Assembly (NCBI GenBank): GCA_002269645.1
Contig: NIVC01003489.1
Span: 31,273 to 95,272 of the forward strand
Reading direction: 5' to 3'
DNA: 64,000 nt
From: Macrostomum lignano
Taxonomy: Eukaryota
Position 1 is the first letter of the stretch; the number at the start of each line of letters is the position of its first letter. Made by a program: the position numbers and the translations under genes. Below, in pieces: positions 26,283 to 40,170 of this stretch. The notes beneath the pieces were generated by a model. That model was not told the DNA's origin. It saw nothing but the letters and a program-made list of their open reading frames with translations, and did not search any database.

Positions 26283-26480
26283 TAAGTACTGACTGCCGTT
26301 TCTAGGAAACTGACTGTCGTTTTTAGGAAACTCACTGCCATTTCTAGGAAACTCACTGCCATTTCTAGGAAACTCACTGCCATTTCTAGGAAACTCACTG
26401 CCATTTCTAGGAAACTCACTGCCATTTCTAGGAAACTCACTGCCATTTCTAGGAAACTCACTGCCATTTCTAGGAAATGA
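26283..26480. repeat. 21-bp minisatellite (tttctaggaaactcactgcca)
   Basis: About 9 tandem copies. Confidence 0.95.
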
Positions 26481-27089
26481 CTACCAAATCTAGGGACTGA
26501 CTTTGAGTTCCAACTTTCTGTTTTGTTCCTTTCCCAGTCTCATACCCCTTTGCCTTATTCCCAAAGTCGCATCCCATCTTACCCCAGAGCTCGCTCCGGT
26601 GTAGCAAAGCCCTGTCATTGTCGTTCAGTTGAGGCGGTTCTCTTCAAAATTTTCGCTACACAATAAATTAGCTAAACAAGCAGACTAGGGGGGATGTTTT
26701 CCTCTCCGACAAAGCAGAGCGACTGTCAGCAAAGATGCTGAAAAAGCCAACCTTGATACTTGGATACAAGGCTTCTATAGGCAGTTTTCGAAAGCCTAAA
26801 GGGAAAGGCGGCAGGTGGAATGAAAAAAAGCAGACTTTGCTGCTTCCGCGGGAGCGGCATACAAGAGAAGGGCTTCCCAGGAGTGCCTTCTCTGAGCTTT
26901 GTGAATCTTTTTTTTGAGATTCGAGTTTTCTAAGAAACGGGTTGGATGGGGAGAAATCAGGGATTCTAACTGCTAAACTGCTCAGGCTCAAGTCACTGGC
27001 GAGCTTCCCAGAATCCTGACAGAGTCGGTCGCAACTTGCTGCATCAATTCGGTCTGAAAAAATACTGCAAAAGTAAATTTATGTGACCA

Positions 27090-27320
27090 GTTGTCGGTGT
27101 TTGTGACAGGAGTGTCGATGTGGGTGACAGGAGTGTCGATGTGGGTGACAGGAGTGTCGATGTGGGTGACAGGAGTGTCGATGTGGGTGACAGGAGTGCC
27201 GATGTAGTTGACAGGAATACCGATGTGGATGACAGGAGTGCCGATGTAGTTGACAGGAATACCGATGTGGATGACAGGAGTGCCGATGTAGTTGACAGGA
27301 ATACCGATGTGGATGACGGG
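27090..27320. repeat. 21-bp minisatellite (gacaggagtgtcgatgtgggt) grading into a 42-bp dimer
   Basis: Tandem periodicity. Confidence 0.9.
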
Positions 27321-29735
27321 AGGATCTAAGGGGACGGAGTGCTGAGGGTGACGGGGGACCGATGTGGGTGACAGGTTCCGGATCTGTTTCAAGTCTCCTA
27401 AAACTAATACGTGAAGTCGTGAGCACAGTCATGGCACACTCCATTAAAAATTGCAGCTGGAATGCAATAATTCCTTATACATTTTTATAGCACAGAGATA
27501 TGACAGTCAATCAGGCCAGACTTATTATCATATATCTCTTGAAACGCCCGCGTCTTTAGCTCAACATCGCAGCCACTAATCATGCAAATGAGCACGCATC
27601 GCCTGTTGCTATGCTCCATCTTGCCATCTGCTTCTAGTAGACGGACGGGTCTGTTTGCTTCTCTCCACCCAGTATGTATTATCTAGTGTGAACTCCCTGA
27701 CAACTGCACAGGGAATAATGCAGGCAGATGGCTGCTGCTGTCTTATCTGACTGACTATGCGCTGATAATAAGAGAGTAAGAGAAGCTGACTCAAATCTGT
27801 GCTGAAAGCTGAAAACAGAGTTGTTGAGCTAATGAGAGTCAGCCGCTTCATTAGCGAGCAGGCATTCCCATCTTGCTCAAGCGCAGTAACTCTGCGTTTT
27901 CGCCGATTGTTCCATTCCATGCCTAAAGTGCAGGGCCGCCTGCTGCCGCAGACTGAAGTCTCATATTCGCGTCCTGTCTGTCTAAAACGAACAAGGCAGT
28001 AAAGTCTTATTCTGCTGCGATTCTCCACCTGCTTTTTTGAGCCTCCTCCCTTTGATCTGCGCTTCGAGCAGCTCTTTATGCATTGGTGTGGCTCGTCTCC
28101 GCTCCACGAGTTCGGCAAAGGCCTCTTCTGCGAGCTCCTGCCGGCTGTGCCGAATACCTTTGTGCGGCTTGTGATGAAGACGAAATCGCTTCATTTTTTA
28201 TCTGGGATTCTCAGGCTGGGCCAGGTTCAGAAAGTTTTAATTGTGTTAATTAGCTTCACAGATCTTCAGTAGGATTCTTTAGATTCTGATTTGAAGATAC
28301 CTGGTAAGATCTCGGGCACAGTAATTAGTAATCAAAATTGAGACTCAGAATCAGGGATCTTATCCATGACTCCGAATCAGGGATCTTGGGACTCGTAATT
28401 GAAACCTGGGATCTTAGCTAGTATCTCTAACACTCGGATGTCTGCGGACTTAGGATCTGGTACTCTGAGTCGGATATCTGGGACTCAGAAGGGGGATTCT
28501 GGCTCTTCGAATCCGATATTTGGCGTAATTATCGGCTAGGGATTTTCATAGAAATCAGACTGACATAGTTGCTATGGAATTAAGTGTAGATTATGAACTC
28601 ATAATCCGGGATCGACATTTGGAATCCCAAATAGTCTGTTATTACGAGCTTCGTATCCTTGATTTGTGTTATGCGCGCCTAATAAATGCCCACCCGCCTG
28701 TACTGTTCGGGATGAGTGGCCGAGCGGGTCCAATAACTAAGGATATGCATGTCGTTGTGGACTGAAGGGGAATTGGGGAGGTGTGCAGTGAATTACGGCC
28801 AGGCCTCTGCTCAGCAATCAGTGGCTGCCTTACCAGGGCTGGTAAATAATAAATCTGTCTACTCTGCTTTCAAAGCGATTCACTTTCTACTTGGCATCGC
28901 TGCCGTACTCAGCTTGAGTAGTGCTCATATAGCTCGTAGCTCATTTGTCTCTTGCCAGCTCGTGTGCCGAATCGCGCTGGAAGAGTGGAAGGCACCGGCG
29001 CACGCAGAAGGGCGCTGGGGAGTAGCGGGCCTGAGTGGCCTAGTCAGCTAGAGTGGGATGAGTCCCCAGTTTTTTTGTCGCCCGCTCTGATGAAGCCTCG
29101 GCTCTATGGGAAGGTGAGAGCCGGAGGCTGAGGAGGGAAGAGGATAGGAGAATATGAGGCGAAGATGCCAGGTCTACTAAGGTAGCGGGCAGGCGAGGAG
29201 GATGGGAAGAGAGAAAGAAAATGGACATCTGCCTGCTTCCTCCCTACTTGCTCTTCGTCTTCCTTTGGCTTCTGTTAAAGCGATGCGGGAGGGGCACGGA
29301 TGATGAGGCTTAAGGAGGAGGCGCGGATGAAGGAGCCGGGATGCTGGCCCGGTTGGAGACGGCGCCCGCGGCCTATCGGCTCCTCCAATCCTCTTTATTA
29401 TTTTTTGGCGAGCCCCTGTGGCTGCTCCCGCTCTGCCCTCCCTTCCCGGCTGCCCGCCCCCCTCCTTCGCAGCTACTACTTCTTCGGCTGCCTTGAAGAA
29501 TTGGTGCGCAGCCATTCTTGAGTTCTTCCCGTTTCCTCCCGCCCTTCTCTGCTGCTCGCATCTCCCCCGTGGTCCCCTGCGACCTCCCTAACTACTTTGT
29601 ATAAAAATAGATAGAGAGATAAGCATCGCCGGGCATTTCCCTGCGCCTCCAAAGAGTTGATCTGCTGATACCCGGAGCTGTGGCCGCTCTCCGAGCCTAA
29701 CGCTGCAGTCAGTTTTCTATCGAGTGGCTCAACAG

Positions 29736-30044
29736 TGGAGCCGATCAGAGATCGCAGCAGCCGCTGCCGCAGCGACGGAGTCTGGCTTCTCCACTAGCCG
29801 ACTTCGCGTTGGCATTGGCACGGCGGTGGCGTCGGAGGCCGCGGTGGCGGAGTCGGAGGCAGCAGCGGCGGCGGCGGCCTGTTGTCGGTGTCGGGACATG
29901 CGCGCAGCTGCAGTTGCAGCAGCAGCGCCGTCTGTCGATCCCCGGCATCCGCATCACCCCCTGCGCCGCCGGCCGCGCTCGGCCGAATTCTCGTCCGGCT
30001 TCCTGTCGCCTGGCAGCATTCTGGACCTGCGGCAGCGGCGGCGG
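29736..30044 (+). CDS. Putative low-complexity exon of the SAM gene
   Basis: GC-rich, poly-Ala, RRPRSAEF..FLSP; phase-0 donor GTGAG at 30045. Confidence 0.55.
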
Positions 30045-32639
30045 GTGAGGCTGGGCATTGGCGAATGAAGCCGCTGTGTGCGGACTGCCAATATGACCGT
30101 TGTGGGTTACGGAATATAGTGGATTGCTAATCTAGTCAACATGGAGAAAGGATAAAATGTAATCGTTGAATTTCTAGTCAACAATATGCGTGAAAGCCTG
30201 CTCTGTTTGCTTTTTTCTGCTCTCTCCAAGCTCAAACTCCAGGTTCCCAATCACTTCTGATGCACTTTAGCAATTCCTGCATCAACACCGGCGAATGTAA
30301 CTCCATGCAGTCATCTCAGTCAGAATGAAGCTGGAATCTCTGCCGGAGTCTCTCGGCTCCTGTGCCGTCGGCTACAACAGGGTGTTAATGCGCTGGGCTG
30401 TCGCATTACCGGCCTAATTAATTTGAACGAGCCGCTTTGGGAATCTGTGGGAGCGCTAGGGATTGAGTGCGGATGAGCGGGTCCCACTGGAGCCTGTTGA
30501 GTCCCTATGGAATGAGGAAGCTAGCGAGGCCCAGCAGGGTTCTCGAGAGATGCCCAATTTTAGAGTAGCGGCTGGAATGAAATTTCTCAGGCTCTAATCG
30601 GCTCCGACTGCTCAGTTAAGCAATCATTTTTGGCGATGAAATTAATGATGCGCGAAAGCGTTCTTCGTCTTTGGCCCTGTTCTGCTCAGCTGTGACTTCG
30701 TCTCAGTTGTCTGTCTGTCTCAGTTTGTTCCTCAGTCTGCTTTGAGTCGCTTATTATCGTTCTTTGAGTCGTCTTTCGGCTAAAACTGCTCGTCTCTAGC
30801 GTTCGAAAAATGCGTTCCGTTTTGCATCTGATCCCATGGTCGATCTGCTTGATGGTTAAAGCTGCTCCAAATCAATGCGACAGTCGACCTGCAGCCAGCG
30901 AAGAGGCACATGCGTACACAGGCACTCACAGTGTACAGCAGCCCTAATTTTCTACCTAAGCTAGCAATGAGCAACCCTGCCCCACCCCTATCCATCCCCG
31001 ACTCTGAGTAGTGAAACAGTTTGACTTCTCGCCGACTTGTATGAGTTCGATTCTCCGCTCGCGTGCTCGGCCGCATTAAATTGGGTTCGAGCGCAGAACT
31101 GCCCGAGCTGGTCGCAAGTTCACTATCTTGACAATGAGAATATTGGGCGCCGCTGTATGCGATGTGTGCCCAGGCTCGGCATAACTGCATCCTCAGTCAC
31201 AGCGGGTAAACTGTCTTAATTTTAATGCGCAGCCTATAAAACTCCGCAACTTAACTCGCTACAATATCCTATCTATCTATTCCGTCTATCGGTCTTATCG
31301 TAGCTACTTTTGATCCCCCAGGTCTCCCAAGCCCGTTTTCACCCAGACCGGAAGCGGGTTCGGCAATGGCATCGAAAATTTTTTGCCAGCATCCCATTTC
31401 GCTCGTCTATATTTCTCTCCGTTTTCTTCCTTTAAGCTTCCGGAATCCCACAGCCTTCAAATATAGTCTCTTCTTAGCCTGAATTTGTAGGGAATTTTAT
31501 CCCCTCAAAACCGGCGCCTTCAGTTTCGGGTTGCTCCTGTGCGCATTTCCCGATAAGCAGCCGTGTGACATTGGCAGGCTGTGGCGGCCGGTAGAATGGT
31601 GCGCACTTGCGTTTCTGTGCCTCGCGGCTGTCGGAATTCCCCTGCACTTTTATCTCGGTTTGATGTGAATCAAGCAGTCCGATTTCTCCAGGGACAGGGA
31701 GGGACATTGCTGCCCTGCTTGCCGCCTCAGCGCAGCCACTTCTATATGGCATTTGGAGCTGATTGCGACTTGATTTTTATTTGCCTACAGGCTGGCTCGG
31801 CTGGTAGTGTCTCTGTAATGCTGCTCCACCAGTCCGCTCTTCTATGCGTATCGGTTATCAGTCTCTCAGTCTCTCAGTCTCAATCAATTTGCTCTTGTAT
31901 CTCTACTAGGCCGCCTTTTTATCCCAGTTATATTCTCAATCTCTTATATTTCAACGAATTTGTTGCTAAGTACTACTCTTCAATAGTGTCTCTGCAATCT
32001 CAATGAGCCTTCAGCCCAGTCTTGCAGGTATTCTACAATATCAGCCTGTCATTTCGCCTGTCCAAGCAGTCCGGCCTTGGGAGAAAATTTGACTAGAAAA
32101 AGGAAACTCTTGCAGCTTCAGCTGGGCCATTTTGGGTGATGAAAAAATTGAGCAGCATATTGACTGACATCGCCTCGGTCGGCGCAGAGAGAGGAGGGAG
32201 GCAGGGAGCTTTTATACGTGACTTTCCTGCGATTCGAACCCGCAATTCCGCCTGCAATTTTGCGCAGAGCCACGCGACTTCTGCCTGTCAGGAGCGGCAC
32301 AATGAGGGAGGGGCGAGGCAGAAATTTCTGTTCGACACGACACGAGCTTTCAATTTTGTGTTGTCGAAATGCCTTTGTGTTTCTGCGTCCGCCCGAGGAG
32401 GCCGGCTTAATTAATACCCTCTTTTACCTGCCATGGCTAGTTTTTGTTTTCGCCGCCGCCCTCGCTTTGCGGCTGCTCGGTTGTGAGGCCTCAGAATCCT
32501 AATAATACTCTGTGACTTAGAGGAACGCCTTGAGCAGTATTCGAGAATCTTCCTGTTTGAAATCATTTCCTAGTAGAACGGCAGTTTTGTTTGTTTTGCT
32601 TGCTGTTAGGTTGAAAAGGTTGAATGGCGAAAATCATTA

Positions 32640-34020
32640 GGTAGTTTCAGTCGGGTAGAATACTCGAGGGTGGGATTCTTGTGAGTTGGATAGTTTTAGT
32701 TGGGTAGGATAAGTGAGATTTTTGTGAGTTGGGTAGGATAGGTGGGATTCTTGTGAGTTGGGTAGGATAGGTGGGATTCTTGTGAGTTGGGTAGGATAGG
32801 TGGGATTCTTGTGAGTTGGGTAGGATAGGTGGGATTTTTGTGAGTTGGGTAGCTTCAATTGGGTAGGATAGGTGGGAATTTTGTGAGTTGGGTAGCTTCA
32901 ATTGGGTAGGATAGGTGGGAATTTTGTGAGTTGGGTAGCTTCAATTGGGTAGGATAGGTGGGATTTTTGTGAGTTGAGTAGTTTCCGTTGGGTAGGATAA
33001 TTGGGATTCTTGTGAGTTGGGTAGGATAAGTGGGATTCTTGTGAGTTGGGTAGGATAAGTGGGATTCTTGTGAGTTGGGTTTTTTTTTTTAGAGGCAGGG
33101 GGGTTGTGTGCACCTTGGCGCAATTTAAGCGTCATTGGCACACAACCGGCGAGAGGCATTACTGCCCATTCCGCCGACTCCCCTGAGCAGGCATACAAGC
33201 GCGCGGATACGTTACGCAGGCACACACTCACACAGGAGTGTACAGCGGCCCTAACTTTATCAATTGTTAGGCATGTACACTTCACTGCGCCTTGGGGGGG
33301 GGGGTTGGCTCTCAAGGCCGTTAATTGCACAAGCGAGCCAAGCCAAGATTCCAATCCAGCCCCAAATTAATGTGGCTGCACTTGGAATCGAGCCTGGGTC
33401 GCGGCACACCAGAGCAGCTGCGCTACCGCTGGGCTACGGCCCCCTTGTGAGTTGGGTAGGATAAGTGGGATTCTTGTGAGTTGGGTAGGATAAGTGGGAT
33501 TCTTGTGAGTTGGGTAGGATAAGTGGGATTCTTGTGAGTTGGGTAGGATAAGTGGGATTCTTGTGAGTTGGGTAGGATAAGTGGGATTCTTGTGAGTTGG
33601 GTAGGATAAGTGGGATTCTTGTGAGTTGGGTAGGATAAGTGGGATTCTTGTGAGTTGGGTAGGATAAGTGGGATTCTTGTGAGTTGGGTAGGATAAGTGG
33701 GATTCTTGTGAGTTGGGTAGGATAAGTGGGATTCTTGTGAGTTGGGTAGGATAAGTGGGATTCTTGTGAGTTGGGTAGGATAAGTGGGATTCTTGTGAGT
33801 TGGGTAGGATAAGTGGGATTCTTGTGAGTTGGGTAGGATAAGTGGGATTCTTGTGAGTTGGGTAGGATAAGTGGGATTCTTGTGTGTTGGGTAGGATAAG
33901 TGGGATTCTTGTCAGTTTGGTAGGATAAGTGGGATTCTTGTGAGTTGGGTAGGATAAGTGGGATTCTTGTGAGTTGGGTAGGATAAGTGGGATTCTTGTG
34001 AGTTGGGTAGTTTCAGTTGG
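32640..34020. repeat. 29-bp minisatellite (ttgggtaggataagtgggattcttgtgag) interrupted by a SINE
   Basis: Tandem 29-bp units on both sides of 33081-33444. Confidence 0.97.
33081..33444 (-). mobile_element. tRNA-derived SINE (~355 bp + poly-A)
   Basis: Minus-strand head GGGGGCCGTAGCCCAGCGGTAG...CAGGCTCGATTCC has A-box- and B-box-like motifs; poly-A tail (T run 33081-33090); TSD ttgtgagttgggt at 33068-33080 and 33445-33457. Confidence 0.88.
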
Positions 34021-37000
34021 GTCAATTTCACGTTGATTATTTTGTCGAGTTTCAGACACCTGTTCGTATTTATTTAGCAGCTATATCTATTTTGGAGGTA
34101 GGAAGTTTTTAGCAACTATAGTCGGTACACGCGCACCTGTTTCAATATAGGCAAGCAAATCCTGCTTTGCAGCCACGCAGTTGCTCTGCAATTCTTGCCC
34201 AGCTTTCTGCTCTGAGTGCGGACAAACGGGTCATTGCGTGACCCCGCCTGCTTGAGCAGAGGCTGTGTTCCGGCATAGAGTTGTAGCAGCCTATGCCGGA
34301 ACACAGCCTCTGCTCCTCTCAGAGCATGGGATTCTGTGCACCTGTGCTCGTCTCTTACACGTGAATCCCGTCTGTCCCAACTCCTAATTCGTACTCAACT
34401 TTTCGTCAACTACGAGCTAGATCAAATAGAGAAGGAAATGCAGTTGCTGCTGCAAGCACTTGGCCAGGTGAACTGTCAAAGTATTGACAAGTTGGGCATC
34501 GCATTCGCCTCAGATTTTCAAAGTTCAAATACCTATGCTAAATTTTGTACTAAAAATGTCCGAGCTGATTGCACGACCAGATTTCATTGGCGCGACTCAT
34601 ATTTGCGATTGTAGCAGTCGGCCTATAAAATTCCATAGTTGAAGCTGATAAACTTGTTAATGAAGGCTCGAGGATTTGAAGGCTCGAGGATTTGAAGGCT
34701 CTAGGATTTCATTCATCTGCCTTTCTAGTGGGCCCCTCGTGTTATGAATTTAAATGTATATTTTTATGGAAACTTTTTACTTCTCACTACTGCCAGTAGA
34801 GAACATGGCATAATGCAAGTATAAAAACGCTGGAAAACGGCTTGGCCTTTTTCACTACAGTCTGCTTCTGGCGGAACTTTTTTCTTTTTGCTTCGGTGAC
34901 AACTGGCGAACTGAATCGGGTGTGCCCGGCGGCTGCATTGTTTTTGTGCGCTGAAGTTCCAGTCCGAAATTGCTTTTGTCCATTGTAGCAGCGGCGGCAG
35001 TAGTTTCTGATTGCCCTTCCCCGTTCATCCCTCTCCGCGGACCGGCGTTCTTCCTCCCGTGTCTCAATAATTAATCTTAGTCTTGCGTCCTCGCTGGCCC
35101 GGCAGTGATGACCGACCGAGCACTTCTTGGCCCAGTCCAGCTGGCTACGCACTTATCTAAGGTCTGTCTGCTTATGTCCGGAATTTATGCCTGGCCTATG
35201 TGCCTAGTACTACAGTGCCATGATTTTATGCCGCTGCAATGGGGCCGACTGAAATCGCTAATTTTATACTTTCGGCGCGCTATCGCAGCGCTGCTGGCCG
35301 GCCGCGCAATGTGAAATAAAAGGAAATGAAAAAGTGAACGCTGCGGATGTTGAACTGAGAGACGAGAGAGTCTCGGGTTGATGAAAAATTGCAGAATTTT
35401 ATAATCTTCATCTGCCGAATCCCCAACTGCAATTAGCTTTGCTCCGCTGCCAGCAGATGCCTCGGTATGGAGACTGACCCCCCCCCCCGCCTTTTCCTGC
35501 CTCCCCTGGGGGCATAAATCAACAACACCCAATAAGCAGGAGAAAGCTACGCCTTGTGTTTTTCTGTTCGGGCCGATTTGACTAATAGTAAATTATCATT
35601 AGGCTGGTCATGTGGCCGAGAATTCTGTTTTTGTTGCCACGGCAAGCTCAAAATGTATCCAGCCGTGCCACTAGTTACGTCAAAATGAGAAGTCTAGTGC
35701 TCCTTGAAACGGGCAAAATGTACTCTTACCACCATCTGCAGAGGGCGTGACTTTGTGAAGTTCTTGGTGTTCGTGCTTCGGAGTTTTTCTCCCTAAGACT
35801 ACTTGAAGATGCGCACTTTTCCTGTGAACGTTTACCTGGGCAAGACAGGTAGAACGTCACGCCATTCATCTGGAGCCACTGCGTGAACTATTTATATTTC
35901 GATCTCGGCTCTGCCTTTGTCGCTGGCGCCCAACCTCCGATCGGCAAATTGCACTTTGTGAATCATTCTGCCCATGGCGGAGAAAAGAAAGGAATAATGG
36001 ATGAACTGGCTGTGCTCCCTTGATCTCGGTTCGGTGCAGTGCTGATGTACTTGATACTGCTGGCCGCTGAGGATGAAGACCCCAGACTCTTCTTGGCCTG
36101 GCCTGTCATCGCCAATCTGGGAGACTTCGGGCCGCAACTTACCGATTATTTAAAGGCACTGACGGGCGATACAGCCGATAGTGCAGCTGTACTTTTGTGC
36201 CATTCCTCTCCTGTTGACTTCGGTCTGTTTGCAAGTGTGTTCTTTCAGGATTGCGATTGGCTTGGGATTGACAAAGTGGAGCCGTCAGTGAATAATGGGC
36301 GTCAGTTGTTGGGCAATAAATTGCCAGCCCTTCTCATCAATTATCTGTTCTGCTCTGCAAGTTGCGGCCTCGGCCCGAAAATTGAAAACAGATCTCATGA
36401 ACTAATGGCTTTTATTAGAATAGGGCAGAAAAAACCTTTTAAAATTTTCCTATTCTTTCACTCTTTTTAAAGCTCTTCCCGTCCTCTTAGCAGCCGCATC
36501 AATTGGCGCTGAGCGGAGGGTCGCAAAGCCTCCATTGGAGTTGCTGGCCCCGGTTTTTGGTTGCAGACCGTCAATTCGTTTGCGTGCCAGGCTGCTTGAT
36601 GAGTCACATGGTTTGATAGCTGAGTTGATAGTTGTACTTTATTTTGTTAGGAAGTTTAGGCTTGGTAGCAATTTATTTCTGGGTAACCAATCTGGGTGGC
36701 TTAGGGAGGATAATGCAGTACCTAATTACTGAAACGTTGGAGTACTTTGAAATTCTGAAATGTTGAAAGGTTAACAGCTGATTTGGCAGGGTGATTTGAG
36801 TAATTCAAGCGGGATATTCGCGCACGTGTACTGGGAATCGATGCTTTATATTTAGCGAACACTATTTCTGTCACTAAGACGGGGAAGCCATTGCTAGCTG
36901 TTTGCTGAGGCGTGCTTTTTCATTGATTTATTTGCACAAACTAGTGCGTAAGATGAGCTCGGCCGCTTTGACTTGCACTGTTTCACGGCTCTTGAATTGA

Positions 37001-38492
37001 GTTACTTTATGGCTTCTCCCTTGAACTGCATCGGAATTTCACACGCCCGCAAGCGCGTCGTCGTGTCAGACAGCCCTGGCCGTTACGTGCCTCAAGCACT
37101 TTCGTCTGGAAGTCGCTCCTTTCTGGATCCGTTCACTGTGGCCCTCCGAGCACCCCGTGAGCAGTGTACTTCTCTGACACACCCACATACGTCCGCCGCT
37201 TCTCTAGTTCCCATCTCTTCTCTATTCCTTTTCAAATTTCTCCCTCTAGCCACCCGCGCCTCTCTGATCCCGAGATCCCCAGTGCTCCCCTTCTCCCTCT
37301 CTCATCCCTGTGGACAGCGGGATCGATTGTGCGCTCTCTGAGCGGCCGGAGTGGGTTTCGGGAATTGAGAGCGGCCTGGCTGCGTGGCTGGGCTGGAATT
37401 GGACTTCTCAGCGCCCGCGTGTGTATTTGCTCCCGGCTAGTCCCTCCGTGAGGACGGGGGGAGCGCAGTGGCGGAGCTTGATGAGCTCTTGGCTCAGTCT
37501 AGCCAAAGACCCTTGGCTGACTCATGCGCGTCATTCGCGACCTTTGTAGCCGATCTGGCAATGCTATGAGTATGCATCTCTGCAGGCTTTAAGGCTCTGC
37601 TTGCCTTATTGATTGACCACGGTACTGATCAGATTTTTAATCAGGCGAGTTGAGCTCTCTGCTACTCCAGCTTCATCCAACCTGAACTGCTCTTTTTAAT
37701 CCACAACCTCGAGCAGCCTACTTTGCTGCTCGAGCTCTTGAGCGCCCCCTGACTTCCGTTTCTCCCGCCTCTGCGCCTTGTATGTGAGCTCAGATTAGCT
37801 AGCGGCTGTGCGCGAGCTTTTTGTCGTCTCTAAACGGCGAGAGAACCGAGACAAAAAACTGTTGCCTCCATCGCTGCAGGTTGTTTCTCCTCTACTGCTG
37901 CTGCAGCCTGAAGGGGCTTAGCGTGCACGCCGCGGCCCAATGATAGTCGCCCAGGCCGCACAGCCCGGGGGGAGACGGGGCTGGGCGCTGGGATAAAATT
38001 GTCCTTCCTGCGCCTTCTCTCCCGGCCGGGTTTTGCCTCTCCGCATCCGCAGTGCCGCCCCACCCGCACCGGCCTTCCCGTCTGGCCGAGCAAATCCCCG
38101 GCAAAGCAGCACCAAGGAGCAGGGCGAAAATCTCACAGCCCAGCCCGCTCCTCCCATTCCGGCTGCCTGTTCGTGTCTTCTCCCCTGCTCCCATCTGCTG
38201 CGAGCTCATCTTCACAGTCAGTTGTCTGCTCCACCGCTTTCTGGCTCGGAGTTCGCGTGACAGTCGAGGCTCCACTGGGAGGCTGTTTGTCAGAGGGAGT
38301 CGCTCGGCTCGCACGAACGCAAACACTGGGACAGGCCGACTGGCATAGCTGCTCAAATTCGACTCACATCGTCTGTCTGCGCCGAGAATGCCTCATGCCT
38401 AGAGCTCGGCAAACTGCTCTGCTGACAGTTTTCAAATTAAGAAAGGCTCCTGAGCGAAGCTTTGAGCAGCCATGCTCAGACCGAGTGCTCAG

Positions 38493-38765
38493 TCGTGCCC
38501 GACGAATCGCCAGCATCACCGAGTTCGGTCCATCACCAGTGGCTGCCTGACCAGCTCATCCTCGTCATCCTTTTCTGAGGCGCATTCTCCGTCTCCCCTG
38601 GTAACCGGCGCCTCGATGCCGGCCCGATTGCGTCATCGGCGAGCGATAGCCACCGCTGCTGCTGCCGCCGCTGGCAGCCACTCGGGCTCCGGCAGCTCAA
38701 TTTCGCACGTCATTCTGCGGCGAAAGCCGCTGCTGAAAATGCCGCGGCCAAGGAGCTGCACTCTG
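38493..38765 (+). CDS. Putative exon of the SAM gene
   Basis: Ser/Ala-rich frame ending KMPRPRSCTL; donor GTATG at 38766; 5' boundary uncertain. Confidence 0.45.
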
Positions 38766-39069
38766 GTATGAATGAGCCTCCAGTTGCCGTACTGTAGCCT
38801 CGAGTTAGGGTCTGTAATGGGCTGCACTTTTATGCAATCTTTGCGACTCTTACAGTGCGTGACCCGTCTCTGTATGACTTGTGGCCTCTAAAAATATTTA
38901 CTGTGTGGATCTTTGACTTTAACATCTGGCAGCTGATGTGAATTTGACTCGGCAAGCCTCTGTGACTCAAACTGAGAAAATCGACAGTCTCAACGTGACT
39001 CTGACAGCCTCCATGCGAATTTTACAGTATTTTTTACCCTGACAGCCTGTCCGGCTCTGCCTGTCTCTG

Positions 39070-40170
39070 TTTGACTCTGCCAGTCTCTGCGTGACTGCAG
39101 CCTCTGTGTTACTGCCAGCCTCTGTGTGACTGCCAGCCTCTGTGTGACTCTGCCAGCCTCTGTGTGACTGCCAGCCTCTGCGTGACTGCCAGCCTCTGTG
39201 TGACTCTGCCAGCCTCTGCGTGACTGCCAGCCTCTGCGTGACTGCCAGCCTCTGCGTGACTGCCAGCCTCTGTGTGACTCTGCCAGCCTCTGTGTGACTG
39301 CCAGCTTCTGTGTGACTCTGCCAGCCTCTGTGTGACTGCCAGCCTCTGTGTGACTCTGCCAGCCTCTGCGTGACTGCCAGCCTCTGTGTGACTGCCAGCC
39401 TCTGCGTGACTGCCAGCCTCTGCGTGACTGCCAGCCTCTGTGTGACTGCCAGCCTCTGTGTGACTCTGCCACCCTCTGTGTGACCTCCAGCCTCTGCGTG
39501 ACTGCCAGCCTCTGTGTGACTCTGCCAGCCTCTGTGTGACTGCCAGCCTCTGCGTGACTGCCAGCCTCTGCGTGACTGCCACCCTCTGTGTGACTGCCAG
39601 CCTCTGCGTGACTGCCAGCCTCTGCGTGACTGCCAGCCTCTGCGTGACTGCCAGCCTCTGCGTGACTGCCAGCCTCTGCGTGACTGCCAGCCTCTGTGTG
39701 ACTCTGCCACCCTCTGTGTGACTGCCAGCCTCTGCGTGACTGCCACCCTCTGTGTGACTGCCAGCCTCTGCGTGACTGCCAGCCTCTGTGTGACTCTGCC
39801 AGCCTCTGTGTGACTCTGCCACCCTCTGCGTGACTGCCAGCCTCTGCGTGACTGCCAGCCTCTGTGTGACTCTGCCAGCCTCTGTGCGACTGCCAGCCTC
39901 TGTGTGACTGCCAGCCACTGTGTGACTGCCAGCCTCTGTGTGACTGCCAGCCACTGTGTGACTGCCAGCCTCTGTGTGACTGCCAGCCTCTGCGTGACTG
40001 CCAGCCACTGTGTGACTGCCAGCCTCTGTGTGACTGCCAGCCACTGTGTGACTGCCAGCCTCTGTGTGACTGCCAGCCTCTGCGTGACTGCCAGCCACTG
40101 TGTGACTGCCAGCCTCTGTGTGACTCTGCCACCCTCTGTGTGACCTCCAGCCTCTGAATGACTGCCATCC
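39070..40170. repeat. 18/20-bp minisatellite (gactgccagcctctg[t/c]gt)
   Basis: Tandem periodicity. Confidence 0.97.

Noticed and set aside
33372-33444. Functional tRNA gene
   Set aside because: Acceptor and anticodon stems pair poorly; it is followed by a SINE body, poly-A and TSD.
38967-40168. 259-392-aa repetitive ORFs
   Set aside because: Stop-free frames of the 18/20-bp minisatellite.
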